Below are positions 33,662-43,152 of a stretch of DNA of 64,000 bases, piece by piece. Under the pieces are notes generated by a model. The model made no database searches. It saw nothing but the letters and a program-made list of their open reading frames with translations, and was not told the origin of the DNA. The translations under genes were made by a program, and so were the position numbers. Positions within the stretch are counted from its first letter, which is position 1; every line of letters starts with the position of its first letter. Source of the stretch: Gemmatimonadota bacterium (GTDB taxonomy: Bacteria; Gemmatimonadota; Gemmatimonadetes; Longimicrobiales; Gaopeijiaceae); the NCBI GenBank assembly GCA_039591855.1, contig JBDHCV010000002.1, positions 1 through 64,000 on the forward strand, written 5' to 3'.

Positions 33662-34948
33662 TCAATCAGTAGTGAAGATCTGGAAGCCGCTGTACGACTC
33701 CAGACCGTGCTCATCGATGTCCAGCCCCCTCAGCTCCGTCTCATGGGAAACTCGGAGTCCGACGGAGGCATCGATGGCCTTGAAGACGATCCACATCACG
33801 ATCGCGACGAACGCAAGACAGGCGACTACTCCCAGGGTCTGGATCCCCAACTGGCCGAACCCACCCCCAAAGAAAAGGCCGTCGGAAGGAGAACCGAATG
33901 CAGCCTGACCAAAGAGGCCCACCGCCAGCGTACCCCAGATTCCAACCATCCCGTGTACAGGAACTGCGCCGACCGGGTCGTCGATGCCGAGACGGTCGAG
34001 GAGTTCGATCCCGTACACGATCAGAATCCCGCCTGCAGCTCCGATCCAAATCGCGCTTCCCGGACCTACCGCGGCGCACGGCGCAGTGATCGCCACCAAC
34101 CCGGCCAGGGCCCCGTTGAGGGCGATGGTCAGGTCGGGTCTTCCGTACTTCACCCACGCGAAGACCATGGCCACGATCCCGCCCATGCTCGGGGCGAGTG
34201 TGGTGTTCATGGCGACCCGCGCGACCACGTCGGGTTCAGCCATCCCCAGAGTGGACCCGGCGTTGAACCCGTACCATCCGAACCAAAGGACGAGCACCCC
34301 CAGGGTGGCCAGGGGCATGCTGTGCCCCAGGATCACGTTGGACGAGCCGTCCTCATTGAATCGGCCGATCCGGGGGCCGAGCATCCAGGCCCCGACCAGA
34401 GCGGCCACCCCGCCCACAGCGTGAACAACCGTGGACCCGGCGAAGTCATGGAAGCCCAGCCCGGCCAGCCATCCCCCACCCCAGACCCAGTGCCCCACGA
34501 TCGGGTAAACAAAGGCGGAGATGAGGAATGAGTAGGCCAGATAGGCGGCAAACCTCATGCGCTCCGCAACCGCTCCCGCCACGATGGTTGCCGCGGCTCC
34601 GGCGAACACCGCCTGGAACAGCCAGAAAGCTTCCAGAGGGAGGCCGTCCACGGGTGATTCGGCGCCGATCATGAACCAGCCCCGAGTCCCGAACAGGGCG
34701 CCGTCGCCCCCGTACATGAGAGCGTACCCGAAGATGAAGTAAGCCAAGGCCGCGAAGCAGAAGTCCAAGACGTTCTTGGTCAGGACGTTCGCAGCGTTCT
34801 TCGTGCGCACGAGCCCCGCTTCGAGCATGCCGAACCCCGCCTGCATGAAGAAGACGAGGAACGCCGCCAGCAGAACCCATAGTGTGCTGAGACCGTCGAA
34901 CGCCTGACCGGCCTCCTGAACGGATGCGGCTAGCACCGGAACCTCCAT
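33662..34948 (-). CDS. amtB: Ammonium transporter
   Basis: 428 aa, 11 TM, Amt signatures (FLVFFMQAGFGMLEAGLVRTKNAANVLTKNVLDF; twin-His region). Confidence 0.9.
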   Translation of the reverse strand: MEVPVLAASVQEAGQAFDGLSTLWVLLAAFLVFFMQAGFGMLEAGLVRTKNAANVLTKNVLDFCFAALAYFIFGYALMYGGDGALFGTRGWFMIGAESPVDGLPLEAFWLFQAVFAGAAATIVAGAVAERMRFAAYLAYSFLISAFVYPIVGHWVWGGGWLAGLGFHDFAGSTVVHAVGGVAALVGAWMLGPRIGRFNEDGSSNVILGHSMPLATLGVLVLWFGWYGFNAGSTLGMAEPDVVARVAMNTTLAPSMGGIVAMVFAWVKYGRPDLTIALNGALAGLVAITAPCAAVGPGSAIWIGAAGGILIVYGIELLDRLGIDDPVGAVPVHGMVGIWGTLAVGLFGQAAFGSPSDGLFFGGGFGQLGIQTLGVVACLAFVAIVMWIVFKAIDASVGLRVSHETELRGLDIDEHGLESYSGFQIFTTD

Positions 34949-35136
34949 GCCGACTCCTATCGCGAATTGGCCTCCTGGAGAGGCGCGGGCCGGACTCCCC
35001 GGCTTATAGTCGCCTCACCGTAAGCCCTAGCAACCATCGCGACAAGGCGCCGGCCAAGCGCTTCCCGAGCCGCGGATCAGCGCCGAAAAGAAAGGTGAGG
35101 GGGGTAAACAGACCGTCAGCGGCAGGTTGCTGCGAC

Positions 35137-35247
35137 CGGCAGATCGTGCGCTCTACCAATGAGTTAGACGTGTTCTTGCCTTGATTCGGCTTGGCCGATT
35201 ATCGATTTGCAAGCAGGAGGTCGCCGGTTCGATCCCGGCAGGCTCCA
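35137..35247 (+). repeat. Composite tRNA-derived repeat, copy B (tRNA-Ala 3' half at 35207..35247, exact match, preceded by the conserved hairpin-remnant segment)
   Basis: cggcagatcgtgcgctctaccaatgagttagacgtgttcttgccttgattcggcttggccgattatcgatttgcaagcaggaggtcgccggttcgatcccggcaggctcca. Followed by a terminator-like hairpin (caatgcccag...ctgggcattg). Confidence 0.8.
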
Positions 35248-35692
35248 CTTACATAAAACAATGCCCAGAAATCGCTTATGCGGTTGCTGGGCATTGTCTG
35301 TTTTGCCGCCATGTGGGTGGCGATCACGCTAAGTCATCATTGCGTCATCAATCGAGATCCGTCTCAGGGCCGTCGCCAGCGTCCACCCCGCCCCGTCGTT
35401 CCTCTGTCCCCCAGGACGGCACCTCCCTGAAGTCCTCCGGCCACCATATGACGATTCCCACGCGCACCCTCCGGTTTAGGGTTGCCTGGAAGCGGGCGTG
35501 GGGGGTAGGCGATAGGATGGCGGGATGGGACAGATTACAGCTCGGCCCGGTTGCCCTCCCGCGCCCACAAGCAAGAGGCTCACCGATCCCTCTGGAAGGC
35601 ACGGCTCTTGCGAACTACACCGCACCCAACTGAGGGCGTGCGGCGCACTCTCCCCTCAGCAGTCACACCTTCCCGCCGTACTTGGAGGTTCC

Positions 35693-36274
35693 TTGAAAAA
35701 CCCCGCCATCTTCGCCATTGCCCTCGCTGTCACAGCTTGTGGCGCAAACCCTGCAGCCCTGGACCCAGACGACCTCGTTCTCGCTTCCGATCAGGGAGGC
35801 GCCGTCCTTCAAACCGTGACTGGAGGAGGAAGGGCGGACCTCACGACCTTCGGGCCCGCCGGCTACGAAGGATTCATGGAGACCTACGGATTCACGGCAC
35901 GGAAGACGGCTTACGGCGGCGTCTCGGGAAATCTGCACGCTGACTGGAGCGAGCTGGACGGCGTCGTGATGGACCTGGACATCGTCTGCCTCTCGGTCGT
36001 GGGCAACAGCGCCTACCTCGGCGGGTTCGTCACCGCCAGTTCCGACCCGGGTTACATCCCGGTGGGACTTGCGATGGCCTGGAAAGTGACCGACTACGGC
36101 GAGGGACAGGCCGAGGACGACCGCATCAGTGGTCTCGACAACCGAATCGGTGGTGACCCGTCGGTGTGCAGCGACCCTGCCTGGCAGGATTTCTTCGACG
36201 GCAAAATCGCCCGGAATCACACCGACTCTCCCTTAACCGCGGGTCACGTGCAGATCGTCGACCGTACCCCGTGA
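35693..36274 (+). CDS. Hypothetical lipoprotein (TTG start preceded by GGAGG)
   Basis: LKNPAIFAIALAVTACGANPA signal and lipobox. The track ORF 35525..36274 has a non-signal N-terminal extension. Start choice is uncertain. Confidence 0.4.
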   Translation: MKNPAIFAIALAVTACGANPAALDPDDLVLASDQGGAVLQTVTGGGRADLTTFGPAGYEGFMETYGFTARKTAYGGVSGNLHADWSELDGVVMDLDIVCLSVVGNSAYLGGFVTASSDPGYIPVGLAMAWKVTDYGEGQAEDDRISGLDNRIGGDPSVCSDPAWQDFFDGKIARNHTDSPLTAGHVQIVDRTP

Positions 36275-36759
36275 GCTGACCAACCTCTGACGACGGGCGG
36301 CGCCTTCGGGTGTCGCCCGTTTCGTATCCGTGCTCCTGGAGCGGGGGGGGACTTCAGGTCGTGGATCGGGACCTGCTACCCTTGGTCGCACTTTCGCTGA
36401 CGCGGAACCCTGCTGCTAGCCCGGAAAGGCGGTGGCCCGCCCGGGTAGGGAGGGGAACGCCCCCTAAGTGAAGATCCTCAGACGCTGCTCTAGGGTCCGG
36501 CAATCCAAGATGCCCGTCGAATTGAGGATCTCGCCGTCGAAGACCTTGCCCCCAGTCCGCTCAAGCCACTCCTCGCAGAGCCACCTCAGGTCCTCAGCTG
36601 GGATCACGGCCCGGTCCCGTCTGAGCCACCTGGAACCCTGGCCCGGCCATCCACGACGCACTCTCCGCACCCTGCGTACGCAACCCGACGGACGGTGTCG
36701 CGGTCGCAATCGCGCACCATGGCGGTGCAGGCTGATCGAACCGTCGCACCCTACAAACC

Positions 36760-37137
36760 ATGAACGCGCGCTTCGGCATCGCTACCATCGCGATCACCCT
36801 CCTGCTTGGGGGCTGTCGGACCATGGCTGAGACGAGTCCGTTTCAACCCGGTCCTAGCACCGAGGTTACCACGGTCCCAGCAATCTCCACTGGTCACGTT
36901 GAAGTGTCGGGGCCGTCGGATTCCGCGTCCGTGGATGGCACCAACCTCCCGGTCTGCACGAGCACCGGCGCTCGGTACGAGGATTCTCCCGAACACCAGT
37001 GGATTCACCTCGCTGGAGCCGTCATCGAGCCGTGGCTCTTCACGGTCACCGAAGCCGTCTTCGTAGGGTTTGCTTACATCTGGGTCAGAACGGATTGGAT
37101 CTACTTCTGCCGACCATCCTATGAGTGTTCGCTGTAA
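36760..37137 (+). CDS. Hypothetical lipoprotein
   Basis: MNARFGIATIAITLLLGGC lipobox. 125 aa. Confidence 0.4.
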   Translation: MNARFGIATIAITLLLGGCRTMAETSPFQPGPSTEVTTVPAISTGHVEVSGPSDSASVDGTNLPVCTSTGARYEDSPEHQWIHLAGAVIEPWLFTVTEAVFVGFAYIWVRTDWIYFCRPSYECSL

Positions 37138-37359
37138 CGGCGGCCTGCACGGCCTCACGCCGCGTCTCCCGTCAGTTCACGCACCGCGTCAGCGAACGAC
37201 TCACGACGGGCCTGCATCCAGAGCTTGATCGCATCGCCACCCTCGCCACACGGGAAGCAATACCAGACGCCCTTGTCGGGATCGATGGCAATGCTTGGGT
37301 CGTGATCGTCATGCAGGATGTCCTGCTAGCAGGATCGCGGTCCCTCCCCTCTGGAATCC

Positions 37360-40050
37360 TCAACCGCCGCCTTCGCCGCTCCGGAGCCGTTCGGTCCAGT
37401 TCATGACCACCACCGCTTCGCCGGTGGCCCCGGATCTCCCGCGGAGGACCATGAGGAAACGCTGTCCGTCGTCCGACACGTCGTACTGGGTGCTGAAGAT
37501 GTTGGACCCGAAGTCGAGCCCGGAGAAGAGGACCTGCTGGCGCGTCACACGGAACGACGGCTCGGTGACCACCGAAGCCGCGACGATGTCCCCGTTTCCG
37601 TTCCGGTAGAAGAGTTCCCCGCCCGAACGCCCCCACGCGGGCTCCGTTCCTCCCTCCGTGGACACCCGGTAGACGGCCGCGTCGGCATCGGGAAAGGGGC
37701 GGACGTAGACCTCGTTGGATCCCCCCTCGTCGGAGACGTACGCCAGCCAGCGGTGGTCCGGGCTCACGGCCGGAGTGAGCTCGCCCGCCTCCGTGGCCAC
37801 CAGGGGCGTGACGGTGGTCGTCGCCCCCATCTCCACCAGGAGGATGTCCCCGGCGCCGGGCTCCTGGTTGTCCGTCCGGATCACGAGGCGCTGGGCGTCC
37901 ACGGGGACCACCTCGAAGATCGCCCGGGTCTCGGGGATGACCACGGCCTCCGGTAGGCCTGTGGCGTCCACACGCTTTCGGTAGACAGCGCCCACGCTGG
38001 CTCGATCGGAGATGAAGTAGACCGCCTCCCCCGAGGGGGACCAGTTCAGCCGCCAGTTCAGCTCGCCTTGGAAGGTGTGGCGAACCGCATCTCCACCCCC
38101 GAGCGGCTTGGTCCAGATGTGCGTCCCCTCCTCGGACTGGACCACGGCGGCCAACACCGACCCGTCCGGAGAGATCCGTACGCCCGCGAGCGTGCTCCTC
38201 ACGTCCGGCAGGAGCCCATCCTCGGTGGCGCCGGTCCGATCCACCCAGACGAGGTCGTCCACCGCGTCCCCGGCTCCCCGGTAGACGAGGGTGCCCGCCT
38301 CGGCCAGGGCCAACCGAGCGGCGCCGTACGCCACCACGTCCACCGTCTCCTGAAGAGCTAGAGGGGCGCCGGTGACCTCGAGCCGGTCGGCGTCGAAGCG
38401 GGCCGCGAGCAAGGTTCCGTCCGCCTGAGCCACCACCACGTGTCCGGTGGGGGAGTAGCGGGCGTAGACCCCCTGGAAGAGGGCCTGGATCCGGGAGTTG
38501 GCGAAGTCGACGACGGCGACCTGATAGGCGTCGAGATTCCGGGAGGCCATGGGGATGACCGTCATCAGCGCGCCTCTTCCCGAGGGCAGGGCGTCCACCC
38601 ACGCGTGGGTCCGTTCTCCCTCCGACAGGGTGGTGATGCGCTCCCGGCTCCCGTCTTCGGGTGAGACCCTCCACACGCCATCCAGCATGGAGACGTAGAT
38701 GAGTCCGTCCTCGCCCCAGTCCACGCCCCCTCCATACAGGCTCGGATCCTGGACGCCGGAATCCACGAGCGTCCTGGGGAGCCCACCGGCGATAGTGACG
38801 ACCTTCAGTTCCAGGAGCGTCGTCAGAAAGGCCAGGGACTCCCCGTCAGGGGAGAACGACACGCAACAGCGCACGTCGCCGGTGCCTCGCACCGGCACGG
38901 GGTCGAGTCTGTCCCGCTCCCGGATCATCACCTGGGGCAGCGCTCCGGTCACGCTGGCGAACGCGATCCGGCTTCCGTCCGGGGAGATGGCCAGCCCCGG
39001 ATCGAAGAAGGCTCCGCCGCCTGCCTCCCGGTCGCCAGGGAGGTCGATGATGAAGCGGGTGACGTCCCGGTCGGGCTCCGGGGGACGCCCGGTCAGGAGT
39101 GCGGCGACCGCCACGGTGAGGATCCCGACGGCCACGGCGAGACCAGTGGTGACTGGCGTCCATGTCCGGGCTGGGGCAGCCCCGGGACGGCCCGGGATCA
39201 TCCGGCCCGTGAATCCGGGGTCCAGGAGGGCGGCCCGAAAGTCCCCGGCGGTCTCGAATCGGTCGGCCGGGAGCTTCTCCACGGCCTGCGCCACTGCCGC
39301 CGCCACGTTGGGCGGGACCGACCTGCGGAGCCGGGTCACCGGGCCCGCTTCCTCGGTGAGAATCTTCATGATGACCTGCTGGACCGACGCGCCGGTGTGC
39401 GGCGGGGCGCCGGTGAGCATCTCGTAGAGGACGCTCCCCAGGGAATAGATGTCGGCCCGGGCGGTCAGGTCCCGGTCCGCCGTCGCCTGCTCCGGGCTCA
39501 TGTAATGCGGCGTCCCCAGGCTGAGCCCCGTCTCCGTCATGCGCCCTTGGCCGGCGGCGCTCACGGCCAGCGCGATCCCGAAGTCGGCGACCACGGGCCG
39601 GCCGTCCTGCAGCAGGATGTTCTCCGGCTTGATGTCCCGGTGGATGATCTCCTTGCGGTGGGCGTAGTCCAGGGCGTCGGCCACGTCCCGGGCGATGCGA
39701 ACGGCCTCTTCCACCCCCAGTTGCCCCTCCCGGTCGATGCGCTGCCGGAGCGTCTCGCCCTCGATGTAGGGCATGACGTAATACAGGAACGAGTCCGCTT
39801 CGCCCGAGTCGAAGAGCGGCAGGATGTGGGGGTGCTGCAAGTTGGCCGTGGTCTTGATCTCCGCCAGGAACCGCTCGGCACCCAGGACGGCGGCGAGTTC
39901 GGGACGGAGGACCTTGATGGCGACCTTGCGGTCGTGCTTGAGATCCTCGGCCAGGTGGACGGTGGCCATGCCGCCCTGGCCGAGCTCCCGCTCGATGCGG
40001 TAGCGGTCGGCCAGAGCTGCGGCGAGGCGCGAGGGCTGTGTATCGCTCAA
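37360..40050 (-). CDS. Ser/Thr protein kinase fused to a C-terminal TolB-like beta-propeller (WD40-like) region, paralog 1. Probable TTG start overlapping the stop of the upstream paralog; the track ORF extends to 40146.
   Basis: Kinase subdomains ELGQGGMATVHLAED, DRKVAIKVL, HRDIKPENILL, DFGIA, SPEQ. One TM after the kinase domain, then repeated propeller blades. Confidence 0.7.
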   Translation of the reverse strand: MSDTQPSRLAAALADRYRIERELGQGGMATVHLAEDLKHDRKVAIKVLRPELAAVLGAERFLAEIKTTANLQHPHILPLFDSGEADSFLYYVMPYIEGETLRQRIDREGQLGVEEAVRIARDVADALDYAHRKEIIHRDIKPENILLQDGRPVVADFGIALAVSAAGQGRMTETGLSLGTPHYMSPEQATADRDLTARADIYSLGSVLYEMLTGAPPHTGASVQQVIMKILTEEAGPVTRLRRSVPPNVAAAVAQAVEKLPADRFETAGDFRAALLDPGFTGRMIPGRPGAAPARTWTPVTTGLAVAVGILTVAVAALLTGRPPEPDRDVTRFIIDLPGDREAGGGAFFDPGLAISPDGSRIAFASVTGALPQVMIRERDRLDPVPVRGTGDVRCCVSFSPDGESLAFLTTLLELKVVTIAGGLPRTLVDSGVQDPSLYGGGVDWGEDGLIYVSMLDGVWRVSPEDGSRERITTLSEGERTHAWVDALPSGRGALMTVIPMASRNLDAYQVAVVDFANSRIQALFQGVYARYSPTGHVVVAQADGTLLAARFDADRLEVTGAPLALQETVDVVAYGAARLALAEAGTLVYRGAGDAVDDLVWVDRTGATEDGLLPDVRSTLAGVRISPDGSVLAAVVQSEEGTHIWTKPLGGGDAVRHTFQGELNWRLNWSPSGEAVYFISDRASVGAVYRKRVDATGLPEAVVIPETRAIFEVVPVDAQRLVIRTDNQEPGAGDILLVEMGATTTVTPLVATEAGELTPAVSPDHRWLAYVSDEGGSNEVYVRPFPDADAAVYRVSTEGGTEPAWGRSGGELFYRNGNGDIVAASVVTEPSFRVTRQQVLFSGLDFGSNIFSTQYDVSDDGQRFLMVLRGRSGATGEAVVVMNWTERLRSGEGGG

Positions 40051-42716
40051 CGGCCGGCTCCGCGCATGATCCGGTTCACTTCCTCCAACCAGTTCTCCAC
40101 GATGACCAGCGCCGGCTCGTCCTGCGCACCGACCTGGTCCCTCCATCGCACCAGCAGGAACCGGGAGTCGTCCGGGCTGACGTCGAAGGAGCGGTAAAAC
40201 TCTACCTCTCGGTAGCCAGCTGCGCTGAACAGGACCTGCTGTTCACCCCGCTGGAACACCGCGCCCGGCAGCACCGCCTGCGAGGCCAGCTCCCGGTTGC
40301 TGTTGATGAAGAAGAGCTCCCGCCCGCTGTGGGCCCACACCGGGCTCGTGCCGCCGGCGTTCGAGACCTGCCACTTGCCCGCCTCCACGTCGGGGAACGG
40401 CCGCACGAACACCTCCCGCCGTCCCGTCTCCGTGGACACGTAGGCCAACCAGCGTCCATCGGGTGAGAGCGCGGGCGAATCTTCATCGTAGGGCGCCACC
40501 AACAGTGGGCGGGGCACCGTATCCTGCCCCACCCGGAGCGCCACGACATTGCGCAGGTTGTCGCCCGTGCCCGTCCGCATGACGATCCATTGTCCGTCCC
40601 GGGACCGATGGGCCTCCCATATCGCGGCCTCGAGGTCGAGCACGAGGGAATCTGCTCCGGTCCCGTCCGCCCGACGCTGGTAGAGGTCGAAGTCCCCGCC
40701 GCGATTGGAGAGGAAGGTCACAGCGCGGCCATCCGGCGTCCAGCGCGGTCGAATCTCCTGGGACTCAGTGAAGGTGAGCCGCGACACCGGGCCCTCGTCC
40801 AGTTCTTTGACGAAGACGTCCGCGTTCGCTTCGATCCGCGGGGTGATGGCAAGGCGTGTTCCGTCGGGAGAGAGCGCCCAACCGGGAAGATTGTCTTCGA
40901 GCCGAAGACCCCATGCCGTATCGACCGGTTCGGCCCGGCCATCTCGGGACACCCACACCGCCTCACTCGCCAACCCCGATCCGCCCCCGGCGAGGTAGAC
41001 AAGTGTGCCCGAGGCGGCGAGCGAGATCTGTGCACGGTTTGTCACGGTCACGCCTTCGAAGAGCGGCACTGGAGCTCCCGTCACACTGAGCGTACCCAGG
41101 TCGAACGGCGCCCCGAACACGGCGCCGTCCCGTCGCGCGAAGAGCAGTCGGCCATCCGCGTACGCCGCCCAGGCCACGTCCGGCAGCAGCAGCTTCACCT
41201 CGCCGGAGCGGCCGTCGGCCACCCAGAGCTCGGAGGTCGGCACGCAGCTTGCCGAGCAGTGGGTGAACAGGATCCCCCGGCCATCCGGCAGGGCCGCCAT
41301 GGCACCGGCGAACCGCCCGGCTTCCGGCGTGAACACCACTTCCGAGTTGCCTCCGCCCGCGGGCATGCGCCGCAAGCGCCACTCGCCGTCCTGGTAGGCG
41401 ACGGTCCCGTCGTCCAGCCAGATGGCGACCCCCTGGGCGGTGTCTGCGATCGTCGTGGCGACACCGCCGTTCGCCGGAATCCTCCACAGTCGGCCGGCGG
41501 CGATGAAGCCAATCCACTCCCCGTTCGGTGACACGGAGGGGATCTGGGCTCCCGTCGTGCCGGCCAGCGGTGTCGCTTCCAGCCGATCGCGAGCCTTCAC
41601 CCACAGCTGCGTCTCCCCGGGGGCGTCGCCGGGTCCCGTGTAGACCAGCCACGACCCGTCCGGAGCAACATTCAACTGCGGGTATTCGCTGATGACCAGT
41701 GAACGGTCCGGCGGGATCGTCAGCGCGTACCGGGTCACCGGCTTCGGGGGCGGCCGCAGGAGGGCCCACGTAGCGACGGCAGCGAAGAGGAGCGTAGTCG
41801 CGGCGAGCCCGGCGGTGAGAACGGAACGGCGGCGGGCCGGCGGGGCGGTCGCGCCCACCGCACCGGCGGTCGCGGTCGTGAAGGTCAGGTCGCCCAGTGC
41901 GTGGGCGAATTCCCTTGCCGTGTCGAATCGGTCCGCCGGCAGCTTCTCCAGGGCCTTCGCCAGCGCGGCCGCCACGTTCAGCGGCACCGAACCGCGTAGC
42001 TCCGTCACCGGCTGCGCCCGCTCGGCGATGATCTTCATGATGATCGCCTGCGCCGAGTTGCCCATGTGCGGCGGCTCGCCCGCCAGCATCTCATACAAGA
42101 CGCTGGCCAGCGAATACACGTCGCTCCGCGCCGTGATCGCCTTGTCCGCCGTCGCCTGCTCCGGGCTCATGTAGTGTGGCGTGCCCAGGCTCAGCCCCGT
42201 CTCCGTCATCCGCCCGCCCGCCGCCGCGCTCACCGCCAGCGCGATCCCGAAGTCCATCACCATCGCCCGCCCGTCGTGCAACAGGATGTTCTCCGGCTTG
42301 ATGTCCCGATGGATCACCCCGTTCCGGTGTGCATAGTCCAGCGCGTCCGCCACCTCCGTCGCGATCCGCACCCCATCCTCGATCCCGAACTGCGTGTCCC
42401 GATCCAGCTTCTCACGGATCGTCTCGCCCTTGATGTAGGGCATGACGTAGAACAGAAAGCTGTCCGCTTCACCGGAGTCGAACAGCGGTAGGATGTGGGG
42501 GTGCTGCAGGCTCGCCGTCGTCTTGATCTCCTGCACGAATCGATCGGCGCCCAGGACGGCGGCCAACTCGGGCTTGAGGACCTTGATGGCGACCTTGCGA
42601 TCGTGCTTCAGGTCTTCGGCCAGATACACCGTGGCCATCCCCCCCGCGCCGAGCTCGCGCTCGATGCGGTAGCGGTCGGACAGGGCGGCGTTGAGACGGG
42701 AGGGGATGTCGGTCAT
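40047..42716 (-). CDS. Ser/Thr protein kinase fused to a TolB-like beta-propeller region, paralog 2 (start at MTDIPSRLNAALSDRYRIEREL)
   Basis: Same architecture as paralog 1 (kinase domain about 70% identical by eye). The 67-codon extension in the track ORF lacks features. Confidence 0.7.
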   Translation of the reverse strand: MTDIPSRLNAALSDRYRIERELGAGGMATVYLAEDLKHDRKVAIKVLKPELAAVLGADRFVQEIKTTASLQHPHILPLFDSGEADSFLFYVMPYIKGETIREKLDRDTQFGIEDGVRIATEVADALDYAHRNGVIHRDIKPENILLHDGRAMVMDFGIALAVSAAAGGRMTETGLSLGTPHYMSPEQATADKAITARSDVYSLASVLYEMLAGEPPHMGNSAQAIIMKIIAERAQPVTELRGSVPLNVAAALAKALEKLPADRFDTAREFAHALGDLTFTTATAGAVGATAPPARRRSVLTAGLAATTLLFAAVATWALLRPPPKPVTRYALTIPPDRSLVISEYPQLNVAPDGSWLVYTGPGDAPGETQLWVKARDRLEATPLAGTTGAQIPSVSPNGEWIGFIAAGRLWRIPANGGVATTIADTAQGVAIWLDDGTVAYQDGEWRLRRMPAGGGNSEVVFTPEAGRFAGAMAALPDGRGILFTHCSASCVPTSELWVADGRSGEVKLLLPDVAWAAYADGRLLFARRDGAVFGAPFDLGTLSVTGAPVPLFEGVTVTNRAQISLAASGTLVYLAGGGSGLASEAVWVSRDGRAEPVDTAWGLRLEDNLPGWALSPDGTRLAITPRIEANADVFVKELDEGPVSRLTFTESQEIRPRWTPDGRAVTFLSNRGGDFDLYQRRADGTGADSLVLDLEAAIWEAHRSRDGQWIVMRTGTGDNLRNVVALRVGQDTVPRPLLVAPYDEDSPALSPDGRWLAYVSTETGRREVFVRPFPDVEAGKWQVSNAGGTSPVWAHSGRELFFINSNRELASQAVLPGAVFQRGEQQVLFSAAGYREVEFYRSFDVSPDDSRFLLVRWRDQVGAQDEPALVIVENWLEEVNRIMRGAGR

Positions 42717-42913
42717 GGCGGGGGGATTCGAGGATTGGCGCAAGATTCGCCTCGCGCAGGTAGGTCCGCAAGTAGTCAGACGCCGGAAGGCGCCGTGGGG
42801 CCGATGCTTCTGACGGGCCCGGAGTCCACGTCCCGGTTGCAGGTACGTACCGGTGTCCACTTGGGCCCGATATTGGGCCCCATCAGGGCTGCAGATCCTG
42901 GCCTCGCCGGGCG

Positions 42914-43029
42914 ACAAGAACGGCAGATCGTGCTCTCTACCAACGAGTTAGACGTGTTTTGCCGTGATTCGGACTAACCGATTATCGATTTGCAGGCAGG
43001 AGGTCGCCGGTTCGTTCCCGGCAGGCTCC
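42914..43029 (+). repeat. Composite tRNA-derived repeat, copy C (tRNA-Ala 3' half at 42988..43029 with 2 mismatches). Flanks are also homologous to copy A over about 75 bp on each side.
   Basis: gacaagaacggcagatcgtgctctctaccaacgagttagacgtgttttgccgtgattcggactaaccgattatcgatttgcaggcaggaggtcgccggttcgttcccggcaggctcca. Upstream gtgtccacttgggcccgatattgggcc... and the downstream hairpin aagccccgcagtcggttcggctgcggggctt match the copy A flanks. Confidence 0.8.
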
Positions 43030-43152
43030 ACTGCCCCAAGTCCAAGCCCCGCAGTCGGTTCGGCTGCGGGGCTTCGGTATTCTGGACACGGACCGTGCCA
43101 GAGAGTGTGTCGGATTCCCCGAGAATCCGGTCCCTACCGCCTCTTCGAGGCC

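Noticed and set aside
17181-35206. Calling the whole 17.2-35.2 kb segment a discrete mobile element
   Set aside because: Although bounded by tRNA-Ala 3'-half repeats, it has no integrase, has genome-typical GC, and contains glnA-glnK-amtB. Reported only as a hypothesis in the findings, not as a mobile_element feature.
37172-38674. 500-aa minus-strand ORF overlapping the Ser/Thr kinase gene in another frame (also 17481..18692 and 6146..7411, the same kind)
   Set aside because: Out-of-frame overlaps with motif-supported genes. Gly/Arg/Pro-rich composition.
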